64,000 bases of DNA from Candidatus Eiseniibacteriota bacterium (GTDB lineage: Bacteria > Eisenbacteria > RBG-16-71-46 > SZUA-252): NCBI GenBank assembly GCA_963703225.1, contig OY969801.1:672001-736000 (forward strand), in the 5' to 3' direction. Position 1 is the first letter of the stretch. Each line of letters starts with the position of its first letter. The notes under the pieces are model-generated. The model did not search any database. It saw only the letters and a list, made by a program, of their open reading frames with translations, and was not told the DNA's origin. This document shows positions 17,953-28,568 of this stretch, one piece after another. The position numbers and the translations under genes are program-made.

Positions 17953-19170
17953 TCAGTCTACATGGGGGTTCCGGCTCCAGCCATCCCGAATCCGACTCAT
18001 GGCTTCCGCCAGCACCTCGGGCTCCGTCAGGAGGCTGACGACGGCGTCCTCCTCGCAGGGGAGCTCGTAGAATTCCGCAGGGTGAAGGAGCACGTCGCGC
18101 GATTCGAGAGCCCACTCCGCCGGATTCATCGCGCCGGCTCCCGCATCTCGAGGCGAAAAGCGAAGCACCGCGCTCCAGCCTCCCTCCGCGGCCAGGAGCG
18201 CGAAGCCCGCGCGGGGCGCGGCCGAGGCGAGCGCGGCCAGATTCGCCGCGATCCGCCCGGAAACGGCGGCCAGGTACGGAGCCCGCTCCTCGAGAAATCG
18301 TGGAAGCGCGAGCTGCGCCGGGGTTCCGACCGACAGGTAGAGGTCCGCGATCCACTCCAGTCCCAAGAGCGCCTCTCGAGCCAAATCCCCCGGCCCGGCC
18401 ACCACGATCCATCCCACCTTCATCTGGGGAAGGCCGCAGAGCTTGGAGATCCCGTTGAGGACAAAGGTCAGGGCTCGCCGCCGCCCAATCCAACTGGGAA
18501 GCGGGACCAGGGCGGGAGTCCACGGGAAATCTCCAAAGACCTCGTCCGCGATGATCGCGATGCGACGCTCCTCGCAGAGCGACTCGACCCACTCCCGCTC
18601 GGCCTGCGCGAGACAGGTGCCCGTGGGGTTGTTCGGCTCGACGAGCACGATGGCCCTCGTCCGCGGCTGGAGCAACGCTTCCAGGGAATCGAGATCGAGG
18701 GCCCATCGATCGCCGTAGGCGAGTCGATACTCTCGCAGCCGGACCGATTCGAGCCGCGCGAGTGGCTCGAGGAGCGGATAGCTCGGCCTTGGAACAAGGA
18801 CCTCGTCGCCCGGCTCGCAGAGGAGTCGAAACAGGTGCGCGTAGGCCTCGCTTGTGCTCGCCGTGAGAACGATTCGGGATGGATCGACCGCGCCCGATCT
18901 CACGCCCCCGCCGCGGGACTCGCAATAGGAGGCGATGGCCTCGCGTGCCGCGACACTCCCCCGTGGATCGGGATCGTAGAAAGCGACCCCGGGATCGGAG
19001 AGCAGCGCGAGCTGACGCGGGCTGGGGCCAGGAAGACCCGCGCGCGTCGGGTTCGTCCGCGTGAGGTCGAGGATGCGGACTCCCTCTCGCCGCTTGCGCG
19101 TGAGGATGCTCTGGAGCGAATTGGGAGCGTAGTCGCGCGGAACGCGGCTCGAGAGCTCCCGGCGTTCCAT
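17953..19170 (-). CDS. PLP-dependent aminotransferase class I/II
   Basis: EPNNPTG, IADEVF and NGISKLCGLPQMKVGW (PLP lysine). Confidence 0.9.
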   Translation of the reverse strand: MERRELSSRVPRDYAPNSLQSILTRKRREGVRILDLTRTNPTRAGLPGPSPRQLALLSDPGVAFYDPDPRGSVAAREAIASYCESRGGGVRSGAVDPSRIVLTASTSEAYAHLFRLLCEPGDEVLVPRPSYPLLEPLARLESVRLREYRLAYGDRWALDLDSLEALLQPRTRAIVLVEPNNPTGTCLAQAEREWVESLCEERRIAIIADEVFGDFPWTPALVPLPSWIGRRRALTFVLNGISKLCGLPQMKVGWIVVAGPGDLAREALLGLEWIADLYLSVGTPAQLALPRFLEERAPYLAAVSGRIAANLAALASAAPRAGFALLAAEGGWSAVLRFSPRDAGAGAMNPAEWALESRDVLLHPAEFYELPCEEDAVVSLLTEPEVLAEAMSRIRDGWSRNPHVD

Positions 19171-19195
19171 CAGGCTCGAGCCCGGGGCGAAACGG

Positions 19196-19549
19196 CTATT
19201 CCGTCTTGCGCTCCCGCGTCGCGGCGTTCCAGACCGTGTTCACCGCGGCGAGGACGAGCGCCGCGAGCAGCGCGGGCCAAAAGCCGTTGATGCTGAATCC
19301 GGGAACGATGAACGCGACCAGGAGCAGCATGACCGCGTTCACCACGAACGAGAAGAGGCCGAAGGTCACGAGGATCAAGGGAAGGGTCAGGAACTTGAGA
19401 ACGATGCCCATCGTCGCGTTGATGAGGCCGAGGAGAAGGGCCGCGATGATCGCGACGCCCCAATTCTGCACGTAGAACCCCGGAACGTTGTGGGAGAGCA
19501 CGAGAAACGTGCCGACGATGATGGCGAAATGCAAGAGGGCCTTGACCAT
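19196..19549 (-). CDS. 4-TM 'phage holin superfamily IV'/YvlD-like membrane protein
   Basis: ALLLGLINA...LTLPLILVTFGLFSFVVNA...VPGFSINGFWPALLAALV. Confidence 0.85.
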   Translation of the reverse strand: MVKALLHFAIIVGTFLVLSHNVPGFYVQNWGVAIIAALLLGLINATMGIVLKFLTLPLILVTFGLFSFVVNAVMLLLVAFIVPGFSINGFWPALLAALVLAAVNTVWNAATRERKTE

Positions 19550-19776
19550 GGATACCCCCGTGGAGAAGTGGCAGGGTCGATGCTCCGAACGGACGTGCTG
19601 GACGGTACCACGGAAAGTTACCTCTTGCATCGGCGGAAGAGCGGGAGTTACGTTGGTACGGCTCCAACAGGTTAGGGGCCCGGCGCGTTCGCCCGCGCCG
19701 GAGTACGCACGGTTGTGTTTTCACCCCTTCGTCCTCCCGCAGCAGGGGAAGCTCTCCGCCGCAAAGGGAGAGCTCC

Positions 19777-19974
19777 ATGGATCTCAAGCACTGGTATCGA
19801 TGCACCATCTGCGGCTACATGTACACCCCGCAGCAGGTTCAAGCCTTGGTCCAGCTGCTCACGTCCCGATCGGGCAACACGGCCGCGGTCATTGAGCCGA
19901 TCCCATGCCGGAAGAAGGGCTGTGACGGCATCCTGGTACTCACCGACGACAAGTACCGCGACGCGCGTCCCTGA
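19777..19974 (+). CDS. Small putative zinc-ribbon protein (65 aa)
   Basis: AGGGAGAG RBS. YRCTICG...PCRKKGCDG (CxxC...CxxxxC). Confidence 0.65.
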   Translation: MDLKHWYRCTICGYMYTPQQVQALVQLLTSRSGNTAAVIEPIPCRKKGCDGILVLTDDKYRDARP

Positions 19975-20104
19975 AATCCCCCTGATGGGTGGGTAAAGCG
20001 GGGCGAACCGCCCACCCTCGGCCAAATCCGCTTGTCCCGCGCCGCGCGACCGGCATATACTGCCCGGCTCGCAAAAAATCGCGGAGTCACCCGAAACGCC
20101 TAGC

Positions 20105-20797
20105 GTGAATTCACTTTTGGAGCGGCTGAGCCGCGTCCGGGATCGGATCGCTGCTGCGGCCGAGCGGGCGGGCAGATCCCCCGCATCGGTCAGGCTCCTC
20201 GTCGTGACCAAAGGCGTTCCCGCCGTCATCGGTGCTCGAGGCCATGGCGCTGGGACTCGGCGAATTCGGCGAGAGCCGCGTGCAGGAGGCCGAGGGGAAG
20301 ATCGCCGCGGTGGGGGAGGGCGCGCGTTGGCATCTCGTGGGGCACCTTCAGACCAACAAGGCTCAGCGCGCGGTCCAGCTCTTCGAGGCGATCCACTCGG
20401 TCGATTCGGAGCGCCTCGCGGGGGAACTGGCCAAGCGGGCCACCGCTGCTGGGGCGCGCACCGCTTTGCTACGTCGAGGTGAATACGTCGGGCGACGTCG
20501 GCAAGTTCGGCGTCGAACCCTCCGCCGCCATCTCGCTGTTCAGCCGGGTGCGGGCGCTTCCCCCGCTTCGGCCCGCGGGGTTCATGACGATCGGCCCGCT
20601 CGCCAAGGGAGCGGCGGGTGCTCGGGCGTCGTTCCGCGCCCTGGCCGCGCTTGCGGGATGAGGCGCTCCGGGCGGGAGCCCGGGAGGAAGAATGCGGCCT
20701 CTCGATGGGGATGTCGGACGACTTCGAGGTCGCCGTCGAGGAGGGCGCCACGATCGTGCGGATCGGAAGCGCGCTTTTAGGCGAGCGACCGGCGTGA
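20105..20797 (+). CDS. yggS: YggS-family PLP homeostasis protein; several apparent frameshifts
   Basis: Motifs spread over frames: [69 protein letters not shown]. Confidence 0.85.
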
Positions 20798-20822
20798 ACT
20801 CCCGCCGTTTGGGCCGGGATCG

Positions 20823-21086
20823 GTGAGGTTTCAGATTCACGTCACGCCGCGCCGCCCGGATGAGGTGTCGGCGAGTCGAGCCGAGGGTGTCGTCCGAGTC
20901 CGAGTGAACGCCGCGCCCGAAGACGGCGAGGCGAACGAGGCGGTGCTGGCGCTTCTTCGCCGGCGGCTCGGCCTGCCGGCCGGTGCGCTCCGGATCGTGG
21001 GCGGGGCCACCTCGAGGTGGAAGTGGGTCGAGGCAGACGGCCTATCCGAGGAGGAACTCTGGCGCCGGTTGGAAGCGCGGGAATGA
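20823..21086 (+). CDS. yggU: DUF167/YggU family protein
   Basis: VRVNAAPEDGEANEAV...IVGGATSRWK, in the usual yggS context. Confidence 0.85.
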   Translation: MRFQIHVTPRRPDEVSASRAEGVVRVRVNAAPEDGEANEAVLALLRRRLGLPAGALRIVGGATSRWKWVEADGLSEEELWRRLEARE

Positions 21087-21950
21087 CCGCCGATCCAGTC
21101 GCTGGGTCGCAGCTGGTCGGGGCGATCGAAGAAGCGCAAGACCGCGATCCTGGGCGCGACGCCGCTCCGGCCCGAGGTCGGCATCGTCCTGGGGACCGGC
21201 CTCGGCCGGTTCGCGGATGCGATGACGCGCCCGGCCGTCATTCCCTATGGCGACATTCCGCACTTTCCGCGCACCTCGGTGGAGAGCCACGCCGGCGAGC
21301 TCCTGCTGGGCGACCTGGGCGGGAGGCCGACGGCGGTCATGAACGGCCGAGCGCATTACTACGAAGGCTACACCATGCAGCAGGTGACCTTTCCGGTCCG
21401 CGTGCTTCGCGCGCTCGGGGTTCATACCTTGATCGTCACGAACGCCGCGGGCGGAATGAACCCGCTCTACGAGGCGGGGGACATCGCGATGGTGGTCGAT
21501 CACATCAACCTGATGGGCGACAACCCTCTCGTCGGGCCGAACGAGGAGCGGCTCGGCCCGCGGTTTCCGGACATGTCGGAGCCGTACGATCGATCGCTCC
21601 AAGCGCTCGCGCGCGAGGTGGCCCTGGACGAGAAGATCCGGCTCCGCGAGGGCGTTCTCGCCGGTGTCGCCGGTCCCAATCTGGAGACCCGGGCCGAATA
21701 CCGGTTCCTCCGCTGGGCGGGCGCCGATCTCGTGAGCATGTCGCTCGTCCCCGAAGCGATCGTGGCCGCCCATTCGGGTCTTCGACTCCTGGCCTTCGCG
21801 GTCGTGACCGACCTCTGCCTTCCCGACGCGCTCGAGGCGATCGATGTTCCGAAGATCCTCGCCCACGCGGCCGCGGCGGAGCCGCACCTCACGCGTCTGG
21901 TCACACGGATCGTGAGCCGACTCCCGCGGGGAGAGGGTGGCCCCACGTGA
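21083..21950 (+). CDS. punA: Purine-nucleoside phosphorylase (trimeric type); N-terminal frameshift near 21137
   Basis: GIVLGTGLG, IPYGDIPHFP, GRAHYYEGY, TNAAGG, GPNLETRAE, VSMSLVPE. Confidence 0.88.
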
Positions 21951-24900
21951 GCGTCAAGGCCGACCGCTTTCTTCCCGTTTCGACCAAGCTCGACTTTCCG
22001 ACCTCCGAGGCGAAGATCCTCGAGTTCTGGAAGGAGATTCGCGCCTTCGAGGAAGGGCTGAAGCGCCGCGAGGGGGCGCCGCCGTTCATCTTCTACGAAG
22101 GGCCGCCCACGGCGAACGGGCTTCCCGGCGTCCACCACGTCATCTCGCGGACGATCAAGGACGTCGTCTGCCGCTATCAATCGATGCGCGGACGCTACGT
22201 GGCGCGCAAAGGGGGTTGGGACACCCACGGCCTGCCGGTCGAGATCGAGGTCGAGCGGGAGCTCAAGATCAGCGGCAAGGACCAGATCGAGAAGTTCGGC
22301 ATCGCCGAGTTCAACGCGCGCTGCCGACAGAGCGTGCTCCGCTACGAGAACGAGTGGCGCCGCAACACCGAGCGGATCGGTTTCTGGCTCGACATGGACC
22401 ATCCCTACTTCACGTTCGCGAACGAGTACATCGAGACGGTCTGGTGGCTCCTCAAGCAGATCCGGGACCGAGGCCTCCTCTACCAGGGGCACAAGATCGT
22501 CCCCTATTGCCCGCGGTGCGGCACGCCGCTCTCGAGCCACGAGGTGAGCCAGGGGTACGAGGACGTGACGGAGCCGTCGGTGACGGTCAAGTTCCAGCTC
22601 GTGGACGAGAAGGGGGCGTACGTGCTCGCGTGGACCACCACGCCGTGGACGCTCCCCGGAAACGTCGCGCTCGCCGTCGGGGCGATCTCGACTACGTCCG
22701 GGTGCGCCAGACGCGTGGAGGGCCGCGAGGAGCGCTACTACCTCGCGCGCGCGCGGCTGGCGCAGCTCGAGGGCGAGTACCAGATCGAACGCGAGCTGAA
22801 GGGTCGGGATCTGGTCGGAATGCGGTATCGCCCTCTCTTCGACTTCATGGACCTGGGTGGATCGACGGGGAAGAAGGCGTACTACATCGCGGACGCCGAC
22901 TTCGTGACCACGGAGGACGGGACCGGTGTGGTCCACACGGCGGTCATGTACGGCGAGGACGACTATCAGCTGGGCAAGCGGCTCGATCTGCCGCAGCACC
23001 ACACCGTCGATCCGCAGGGGCGGTTCACGGCAGAGGTGAAGCCCTGGGCCGGCCTCCACGTGAAGGATGCGGAGCCGCAGATCCGCCAATGGCTCAAGCA
23101 GCACGGCGCGCTCTACAAGGAGGAGATGACCACCCACGCCTATCCGTTCTGCTGGCGCTGCGAGTCGCCGCTTCTCTACTACGCTTGGAAGACCTGGTAC
23201 ATCGCGACCACCACGATCCGCGACCAGCTCCTCGCCGCGCACGCCACGGTCGAGTGGCACCCCGGCGACATCGGCGCCAACCGCTTCGGCAACTGGCTCG
23301 AGAACAACGTCGACTGGGCGCTATCGCGGAACCGCTACTGGGGAACCCCGCTCAACATCTGGCGCTGCGAGAAGTGCGGGGCCGACCGCTGCGTCGGAAG
23401 CATCGCGGAGCTTTCGGAGGGAGCCGGCGTGCCCGAGCCGCTCGACCTCCACCGTCCCTACGTCGATCAGGTCACCTTCCGATGCGGCGAGTGCGGCGGC
23501 ACGCAGCGGCGCGTGCCCGAGGTCATCGACGTCTGGTTCGATTCGGGCGCGATGCCCTTCGCGCAGTGGCACTACCCGTTCGAGAACGAGAAGCGGTTCG
23601 ACAGTCTCTTTCCGGCCGACTTCGTCTCCGAGGGGATGGACCAGACCCGCGGGTGGTTTTACACGCTGATGGCGATCTCCGTCGCGGTCAAAGGGCGTGC
23701 GCCCTATCGCCACGTTCTCCCCATCGAGCTCATCCTGGACAAGCAGGGCAAGAAGATGAGCAAGTCCAAGGGGAACACCGTCGACCCCAACGCGATTCTC
23801 GACCAGCGCGGCGCCGACGCGCTCCGGTTTTACCTGCTCGCGACGAGCCCCCCGTGGATGCCGACCCGATTCGACGCCGACGGCGCGACCGAGGTGACCA
23901 AGAAACTCCTCGGGACGCTGAAGAACGTCGCCCAGTTCTTCGGGCTCTACGCGAACATCGACGACTACGACCCGGCGCGACGCGAGCCCTCGAACCCCGC
24001 GCTGCTCGATCGCTGGATTCTGTCGAGGCTCCACTCGCTCACCGCCTCCTGCCGCGAGGCGCTCGACGCCTACGACCTGACGCGCGCCGCGCGGCAGATC
24101 CAGGACTTCGTTCTCGAGGAGCTATCCAACTGGTACGTCCGCAGGTCGCGCCGACGCTTCTGGAAAGCCGGCGACGTGGCCGACAAGCGGGCCGCCTACG
24201 ACGCGCTCTGGGAGTGCCTGCGCGTCGTGACGCGGCTCCTGGCTCCCTACACGCCCTTCCTCAGCGAGGAGCTCCACCAGCAGGTGGTCCGGCCGGGCGC
24301 GCGCCAAGAGCCCGCCAGCATTCACTGGTGCGACTACCCCGAAGCCGACCGGGCGAAGATCGACGAATCGCTGGAACGCTCGATGGAGCTCCTGCTCCGC
24401 GTGGTGAACATGGCGCGGGCGGCGAGGAACACCTCCTCGCTTCGGGTGCGCCAGCCGCTCCGGCGCCTGGCGGTCGCGGGGCTCAAGGAGCGGGAGGCTC
24501 GGGATCTAACGGCGCTGGTCGATCTTGTAAAGGACGAGCTGAACGTGAAGGAGCTGGTGTTCCTTCCCGACCGGGCCGCCCTCCTCTCGTTGGGGGTGAA
24601 GCCAAACTTCGCCGTCCTTGGCAAGAAGGTCGGGCCCGCCATGAAGGAGATCGCGGCGAAGATCCAGGAAGCGCCCCCCGACGAGGTTCGCGCCGCCATT
24701 CTTGCTGGGGGCTGGGACGTCGAGGCGGCGGGTCAGCGGTACCGGCTGACCGACGAGGACGTGATCATCCAGGAGGCGTCGCGGGCGCCCTGGGTGGCTC
24801 AGGGGGACGGCTCGATCGCGGTGGCGGTCGATCCCACGCTCGACGAAGAGCTGCGCACGGAGGGGCTCGTCCGCGAGTTCGCCCACCGGATCCAGGCTCT

Positions 24901-25123
24901 GCGAAAGGGCGCCGAATTCGACGTGACCGATCGGATCCGGCTTTACTGGGAGCTTTCGCCCGGACTTTCCAAGGCCTGCGAGCGTCACGAAGGTTACATT
25001 CGAGAAGAAGTGCTGGCGGAAGAGCTCGTGCCGCGCGCTTCGGGAGGCGACGTCGTCGAAGAGTGGACCTTCGACGGGGAGCGGGCCCGGGTCGGCATCG
25101 AGCGCGTTCGAAAAGGAGGATGA
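21947..25123 (+). CDS. ileS: Isoleucine--tRNA ligase (type 2)
   Basis: FYEGPPTANGLPGVHH, GWDTHGLPVE, WTTTPWTLP, DWALSRNRYWG, KMSKS. Possible compensated frameshift pair near 22685-22715. Confidence 0.97.
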   Translation: MSVKADRFLPVSTKLDFPTSEAKILEFWKEIRAFEEGLKRREGAPPFIFYEGPPTANGLPGVHHVISRTIKDVVCRYQSMRGRYVARKGGWDTHGLPVEIEVERELKISGKDQIEKFGIAEFNARCRQSVLRYENEWRRNTERIGFWLDMDHPYFTFANEYIETVWWLLKQIRDRGLLYQGHKIVPYCPRCGTPLSSHEVSQGYEDVTEPSVTVKFQLVDEKGAYVLAWTTTPWTLPGNVALAVGAISTTSGCARRVEGREERYYLARARLAQLEGEYQIERELKGRDLVGMRYRPLFDFMDLGGSTGKKAYYIADADFVTTEDGTGVVHTAVMYGEDDYQLGKRLDLPQHHTVDPQGRFTAEVKPWAGLHVKDAEPQIRQWLKQHGALYKEEMTTHAYPFCWRCESPLLYYAWKTWYIATTTIRDQLLAAHATVEWHPGDIGANRFGNWLENNVDWALSRNRYWGTPLNIWRCEKCGADRCVGSIAELSEGAGVPEPLDLHRPYVDQVTFRCGECGGTQRRVPEVIDVWFDSGAMPFAQWHYPFENEKRFDSLFPADFVSEGMDQTRGWFYTLMAISVAVKGRAPYRHVLPIELILDKQGKKMSKSKGNTVDPNAILDQRGADALRFYLLATSPPWMPTRFDADGATEVTKKLLGTLKNVAQFFGLYANIDDYDPARREPSNPALLDRWILSRLHSLTASCREALDAYDLTRAARQIQDFVLEELSNWYVRRSRRRFWKAGDVADKRAAYDALWECLRVVTRLLAPYTPFLSEELHQQVVRPGARQEPASIHWCDYPEADRAKIDESLERSMELLLRVVNMARAARNTSSLRVRQPLRRLAVAGLKEREARDLTALVDLVKDELNVKELVFLPDRAALLSLGVKPNFAVLGKKVGPAMKEIAAKIQEAPPDEVRAAILAGGWDVEAAGQRYRLTDEDVIIQEASRAPWVAQGDGSIAVAVDPTLDEELRTEGLVREFAHRIQALRKGAEFDVTDRIRLYWELSPGLSKACERHEGYIREEVLAEELVPRASGGDVVEEWTFDGERARVGIERVRKGG

Positions 25124-25515
25124 CGTTGCTCACCAAGAAGGATCTCAAGCACTTCGAAGAGCGTCTGCTGGAAGAGCGGCGCAAGCTCCTGGGCCAGCTC
25201 GGTTACCTCGAGAAGACCATGACGCAGACTCAACGGGACGCCGGCGGGGACCTTTCGGCTTACTCCTTCCACATGGCCGACATGGGCACCGACGCGATGG
25301 AGCGCGAGAAAGCGTTCCTCTTCGCCTCCGCCGAAGGTCGGCTGCTCTACAACGTGGACCAGGCGCTCCGCCGTCTCTATCGGAGCGAGTACGGCGTATG
25401 CGAGGTCTGCGGCAAGGAGATTGGCAAGGCAAGGCTCGATGCGATCCCCTTCGCGGGGCTCTGCGTTGCTTGCCAGGAGAAGCAGGAAAAGGAAACGAAC
25501 ACGACCCGCGGATGA
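25120..25515 (+). CDS. dksA: TraR/DksA family C4 zinc-finger protein
   Basis: HMADMGTD coiled-coil tip, YGVCEVCG...RLDAIP...CVAC, and an AGGAGG RBS. Confidence 0.88.
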   Translation: MTLLTKKDLKHFEERLLEERRKLLGQLGYLEKTMTQTQRDAGGDLSAYSFHMADMGTDAMEREKAFLFASAEGRLLYNVDQALRRLYRSEYGVCEVCGKEIGKARLDAIPFAGLCVACQEKQEKETNTTRG

Positions 25516-26021
25516 CCCCTCGGGCCGGAGTCTTCGCCGCGTGCGCGGCGACCGTGATCGCGATCGATCAGATCACCAAGGCGATCGCCTCGTCCCGCCT
25601 CCTCGTGGGGCTGCCCGTGCCATTGTTCGGGGATGCGGTCCGGTTCACGCTGGTTCATAACACCGGCGCGGCGTTCGGCCTTTTCCCGGGCAGCCGCGTG
25701 CCGTTCATCGTGATCTCCATCCTGGCGATCGTGGTCGTCATCTACCTTTTTCTCCGCGAAACCTACCGGAGCCTGGCCAACCGAATTCTCCTCGGGTGTA
25801 TCCTCGGCGGCGCGATCGGCAATCTGGTGGACCGAGTGCGCCTGGGATGGGTCGTCGATTTCATCGACATGGGCTTCGGCTCGCTGCGTTGGCCCGTGTT
25901 CAACGTTGCCGACAGCGCCGTCACGCTGGGGGTCATCTTCCTTGCCTGGAATCTCGCCCGAGCGGGGCGACCCGCTCCCGATTCCGAAGACGCACACGGT
26001 TCCAGCCTCGCGAGCGGGTGA
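25512..26021 (+). CDS. lspA: Lipoprotein signal peptidase II
   Basis: DQITK, NTGAAFG, GAIGNLVDR, VVDFI, FNVADS. Confidence 0.95.
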   Translation: MTPRAGVFAACAATVIAIDQITKAIASSRLLVGLPVPLFGDAVRFTLVHNTGAAFGLFPGSRVPFIVISILAIVVVIYLFLRETYRSLANRILLGCILGGAIGNLVDRVRLGWVVDFIDMGFGSLRWPVFNVADSAVTLGVIFLAWNLARAGRPAPDSEDAHGSSLASG

Positions 26022-26943
26022 GCGGCTCGACCGCTTTCTCGCGGAGGCAGAGCGGTCTCTTTCCCGCTCCGCGGTCCGACAGCTGATCGACTCGGGCCAC
26101 GTGCGTCTCAACGACGCGCCCGCGCGGCCCAGCCGTCGGGTGCGCGCGGGGGACCGCGTGGAGGTGGTGCGCCCGCGGCGCGAGCCCCAGGCGCTCCGTC
26201 CCGAGCCCATCCCGCTCGAGGTGGTCTACGAGGACGAGGCGCTCGCGGTGATCGCGAAGCCCGCGGGAATGGTCGTCCACCCCGCCGTGGGGCATCGAAG
26301 CGGGACGCTGGTCCACGCGCTCCTCCACCGCTACGGCGTCCTCCCCGATGGCAATGGGGCCGAGCGGGCGGGGATCGTCCATCGCCTGGACAAGGGGACT
26401 TCGGGTCTTCTCTTGGTCGCGCGGTCCGACGAGGCGCATCGAGAGCTGGCACGCCAGATCGAGGCGCGGACGGTACAGCGCGTCTACCGCGCCCTGGTCT
26501 GGGGCCACCCGCGGGAGCGGGAAGGGCGGATCGAGGCGTCCCTCGCGCGAAGTCCCAGGGATCGGAAGAAGATCGCGGTGGTCACCCGGGGGGGAAGGAG
26601 CGCCGCGACGCGCTACCGCGTGGTGCGCGAATACGGCTACCTTTCCGAGATGCTCCTGACCCTCGAGACCGGGCGGACCCACCAGATTCGCGTGCACCTG
26701 GCGCACCGGGGCCACCCTGTCTTCGGCGATCCCGACTACGGCGGGCGCCGCGGCCCGCTCGTCAAGCTCCCACCCGCTCGCCGCGCTCAGGCGGCGCTGC
26801 TCCTGGCCGAGCTGGACCACCAGGCGCTCCACGCGGAGACGATCGGGTTCGTCCACCCCGTCACCGGGCGGCCCCTCGAGTTCACGCAACCGGTGCCGCC
26901 CGATTTCGAAGCGGTGCTCCGCGCGCTCCGATGCGAGTCCTAG
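25942..26943 (+). CDS. rluD: RluA/RluD family pseudouridine synthase (start uncertain)
   Basis: S4 domain (RLDRFLA...SRSAVRQLI), KPAGMVVHP, HRLDKGTSG, TGRTHQIRVH. Confidence 0.92.
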   Translation: MPGISPERGDPLPIPKTHTVPASRAGERLDRFLAEAERSLSRSAVRQLIDSGHVRLNDAPARPSRRVRAGDRVEVVRPRREPQALRPEPIPLEVVYEDEALAVIAKPAGMVVHPAVGHRSGTLVHALLHRYGVLPDGNGAERAGIVHRLDKGTSGLLLVARSDEAHRELARQIEARTVQRVYRALVWGHPREREGRIEASLARSPRDRKKIAVVTRGGRSAATRYRVVREYGYLSEMLLTLETGRTHQIRVHLAHRGHPVFGDPDYGGRRGPLVKLPPARRAQAALLLAELDHQALHAETIGFVHPVTGRPLEFTQPVPPDFEAVLRALRCES

Positions 26944-27362
26944 GCGTGGACTTCGGGCTCCGCCGCCTCGGCCTCGCGCTGAGCGACCCGGGGGAGGTGC
27001 TGGCAACCCCGCTCCGTAGCCTCACGGTCACCTCGGTCCGGGAAGCCCCCGAGGCCGTTGCGTCGGTCGCCGCGGAAGTGGGGGCGGCCGCGGTGGTGGT
27101 GGGTGTTCCCCTCGGGCTCGAGGGGGAGGAATCGCGTCCCGAGGTTCGCCGGGTCGAGCGCTTCGCCAAAGCGCTGCGGCGCGAGACGGGACTCCCCGTC
27201 CACTTGGTCGACGAGAGCTTGAGCAGCCGCGAGGCCGAGTCGCGCCCCGCTCGAGAACCTCGACGCGGGGCCCGGATCGACGCGCACGCCGTCGCGGCCG
27301 CCCTCATCCTCCAACGGTGGCTCGATCGGCCGCGGGGTAGCGGGAAGGGGGTGCCGGCGTGA
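26931..27362 (+). CDS. ruvX: Holliday junction resolvase-like protein YqgF/RuvX
   Basis: LGVDFGLRRLGLALSD, VVGVP, VDESLSS, IDAHAVAAALILQ. Confidence 0.92.
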   Translation: MRVLGVDFGLRRLGLALSDPGEVLATPLRSLTVTSVREAPEAVASVAAEVGAAAVVVGVPLGLEGEESRPEVRRVERFAKALRRETGLPVHLVDESLSSREAESRPAREPRRGARIDAHAVAAALILQRWLDRPRGSGKGVPA

Positions 27363-28568
27363 GGCGCCGCCACCGCATCCGGCAGAAGCCTCGTCCTGGG
27401 CGGGATCGTCGGGACGGTGCTTCTGGCGGGCCTCCTCCTATTCCCGGCGAGCTTGACCCGGCATTTCGAGATGCGCGAGGTGATTATTCCCAAGGGCGCG
27501 TCGATCGAGGCCATCGCGGCGATCCTCCACCACGAAGGGCTCGTCGGGAACACCCGCCTCTTCGTGCTGGCGGCCCGGGTCCTCGGATACGATCGGAATC
27601 TCCAAGCCGGCCGCTTCACGATACCGGTCGGCTCCAGCACCTACCGGATTCTCCACCAGCTGGCCAAGGGAATGTCGGCCGAGGACATGGTCACCGTCCC
27701 CGAGGGCCTCCGCGTTGAGCAGATCGCGGACATCCTCTACCGGGGCGCGAAAATCGACCCGATCCGGTTCCTCTCCATCGTGAACGACTCGATCTTTGTC
27801 CGCTCCCTCGGTGTTCCGGCCAGCCGGATGGAGGGCTACCTCTACCCCGACACCTATCCCTTCTACCCGCTCCTGAGTCCGCAGGAAGTCTTGCGGATGA
27901 TGGCGGAGCGGAGCCTGAAAGTATTCGGGGAAGAGATGGCCGAGCCGGGCGCCAAGCTTGGCCTCACGCTCCACCAGCTCGTCACGCTCGCGTCCATCGT
28001 GGAAGCCGAGGCGCAGGTCCCATCGGAGCGTCCCAGGATCGCGGCCGTCTTCTACAACCGATTGCGTCAGGGTATGATGCTCCAGTCAGATCCCACGGTT
28101 TCCTACGCGATGGGCATCTGGCGAAATCGCGTCTACTACAGGGATCTCGACGTGAAATCGCCGTACAACACCTATCGAAATCGGGGGCTGCCTCCCGGGC
28201 CGATTTGCAGCCCGGGGCGTGGGGCCTTCCATGCGGTTCTCTTCCCGCTGCCGGACTCGACCGAGCTCTACTTCGTGGCTCGCGGGGACGGGACCCACAT
28301 CTTCTCGCGGACCTGGGAGGGGCACCTCCGGGCCATCGCGACGGTGCGCGCCCAAGCGCGGCGCGAGTCGACGCTGGTCCCGATCGGACCGGGGCTCGCG
28401 CGGGAGCAGCCGGTCCTCGGCCCTCGCCTGCCTCCCGGCGGCGTGGCCCCCGTGGCCCCAAAGAGCTCGCCACCCAAAGGCAAACCACCAAAGACCTCGC
28501 CGGCCAAGGGTCAACCCCCAAAGAGCTCGCCGCCCAAGCGTGCCGTCAACAGGGGAACGACCAAGTGA
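27359..28568 (+). CDS. mltG: Endolytic transglycosylase MltG (probable N-terminal frameshift near 27390)
   Basis: VTVPEGL, EGYLYPDTY, LASIVEAE, NRLRQGMMLQSDPT, SPYNTY..GLPPGPI. Confidence 0.93.
28458..28538 (+). repeat. ~2.7 copies of a 30-bp tandem repeat encoding a PK(S/T)SP(P/A)KG(K/Q)P tail
   Basis: ccaaagagctcgccacccaaaggcaaacca / ccaaagacctcgccggccaagggtcaaccc / ccaaagagctcgccgcccaag. Confidence 0.8.

Noticed and set aside
19196..19549. 'Phage holin' gene as a sign of a prophage
   Set aside because: This family is common in chromosomes, and I see no integrase, endolysin or virion genes in the window.
20105..20797. yggS and other broken genes as true pseudogenes or programmed frameshifts
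   Set aside because: Motifs remain intact, and indels are scattered across unrelated housekeeping genes, which fits sequencing error.
21937..25119. Long alternative-frame and antisense ORFs (for example 21937-25515 upstream of dksA, 1352-3832, 49684-51831, 59814-61241)
   Set aside because: Arg/Pro/Gly-rich shadow ORFs overlapping motif-bearing genes, as expected in GC-rich DNA.
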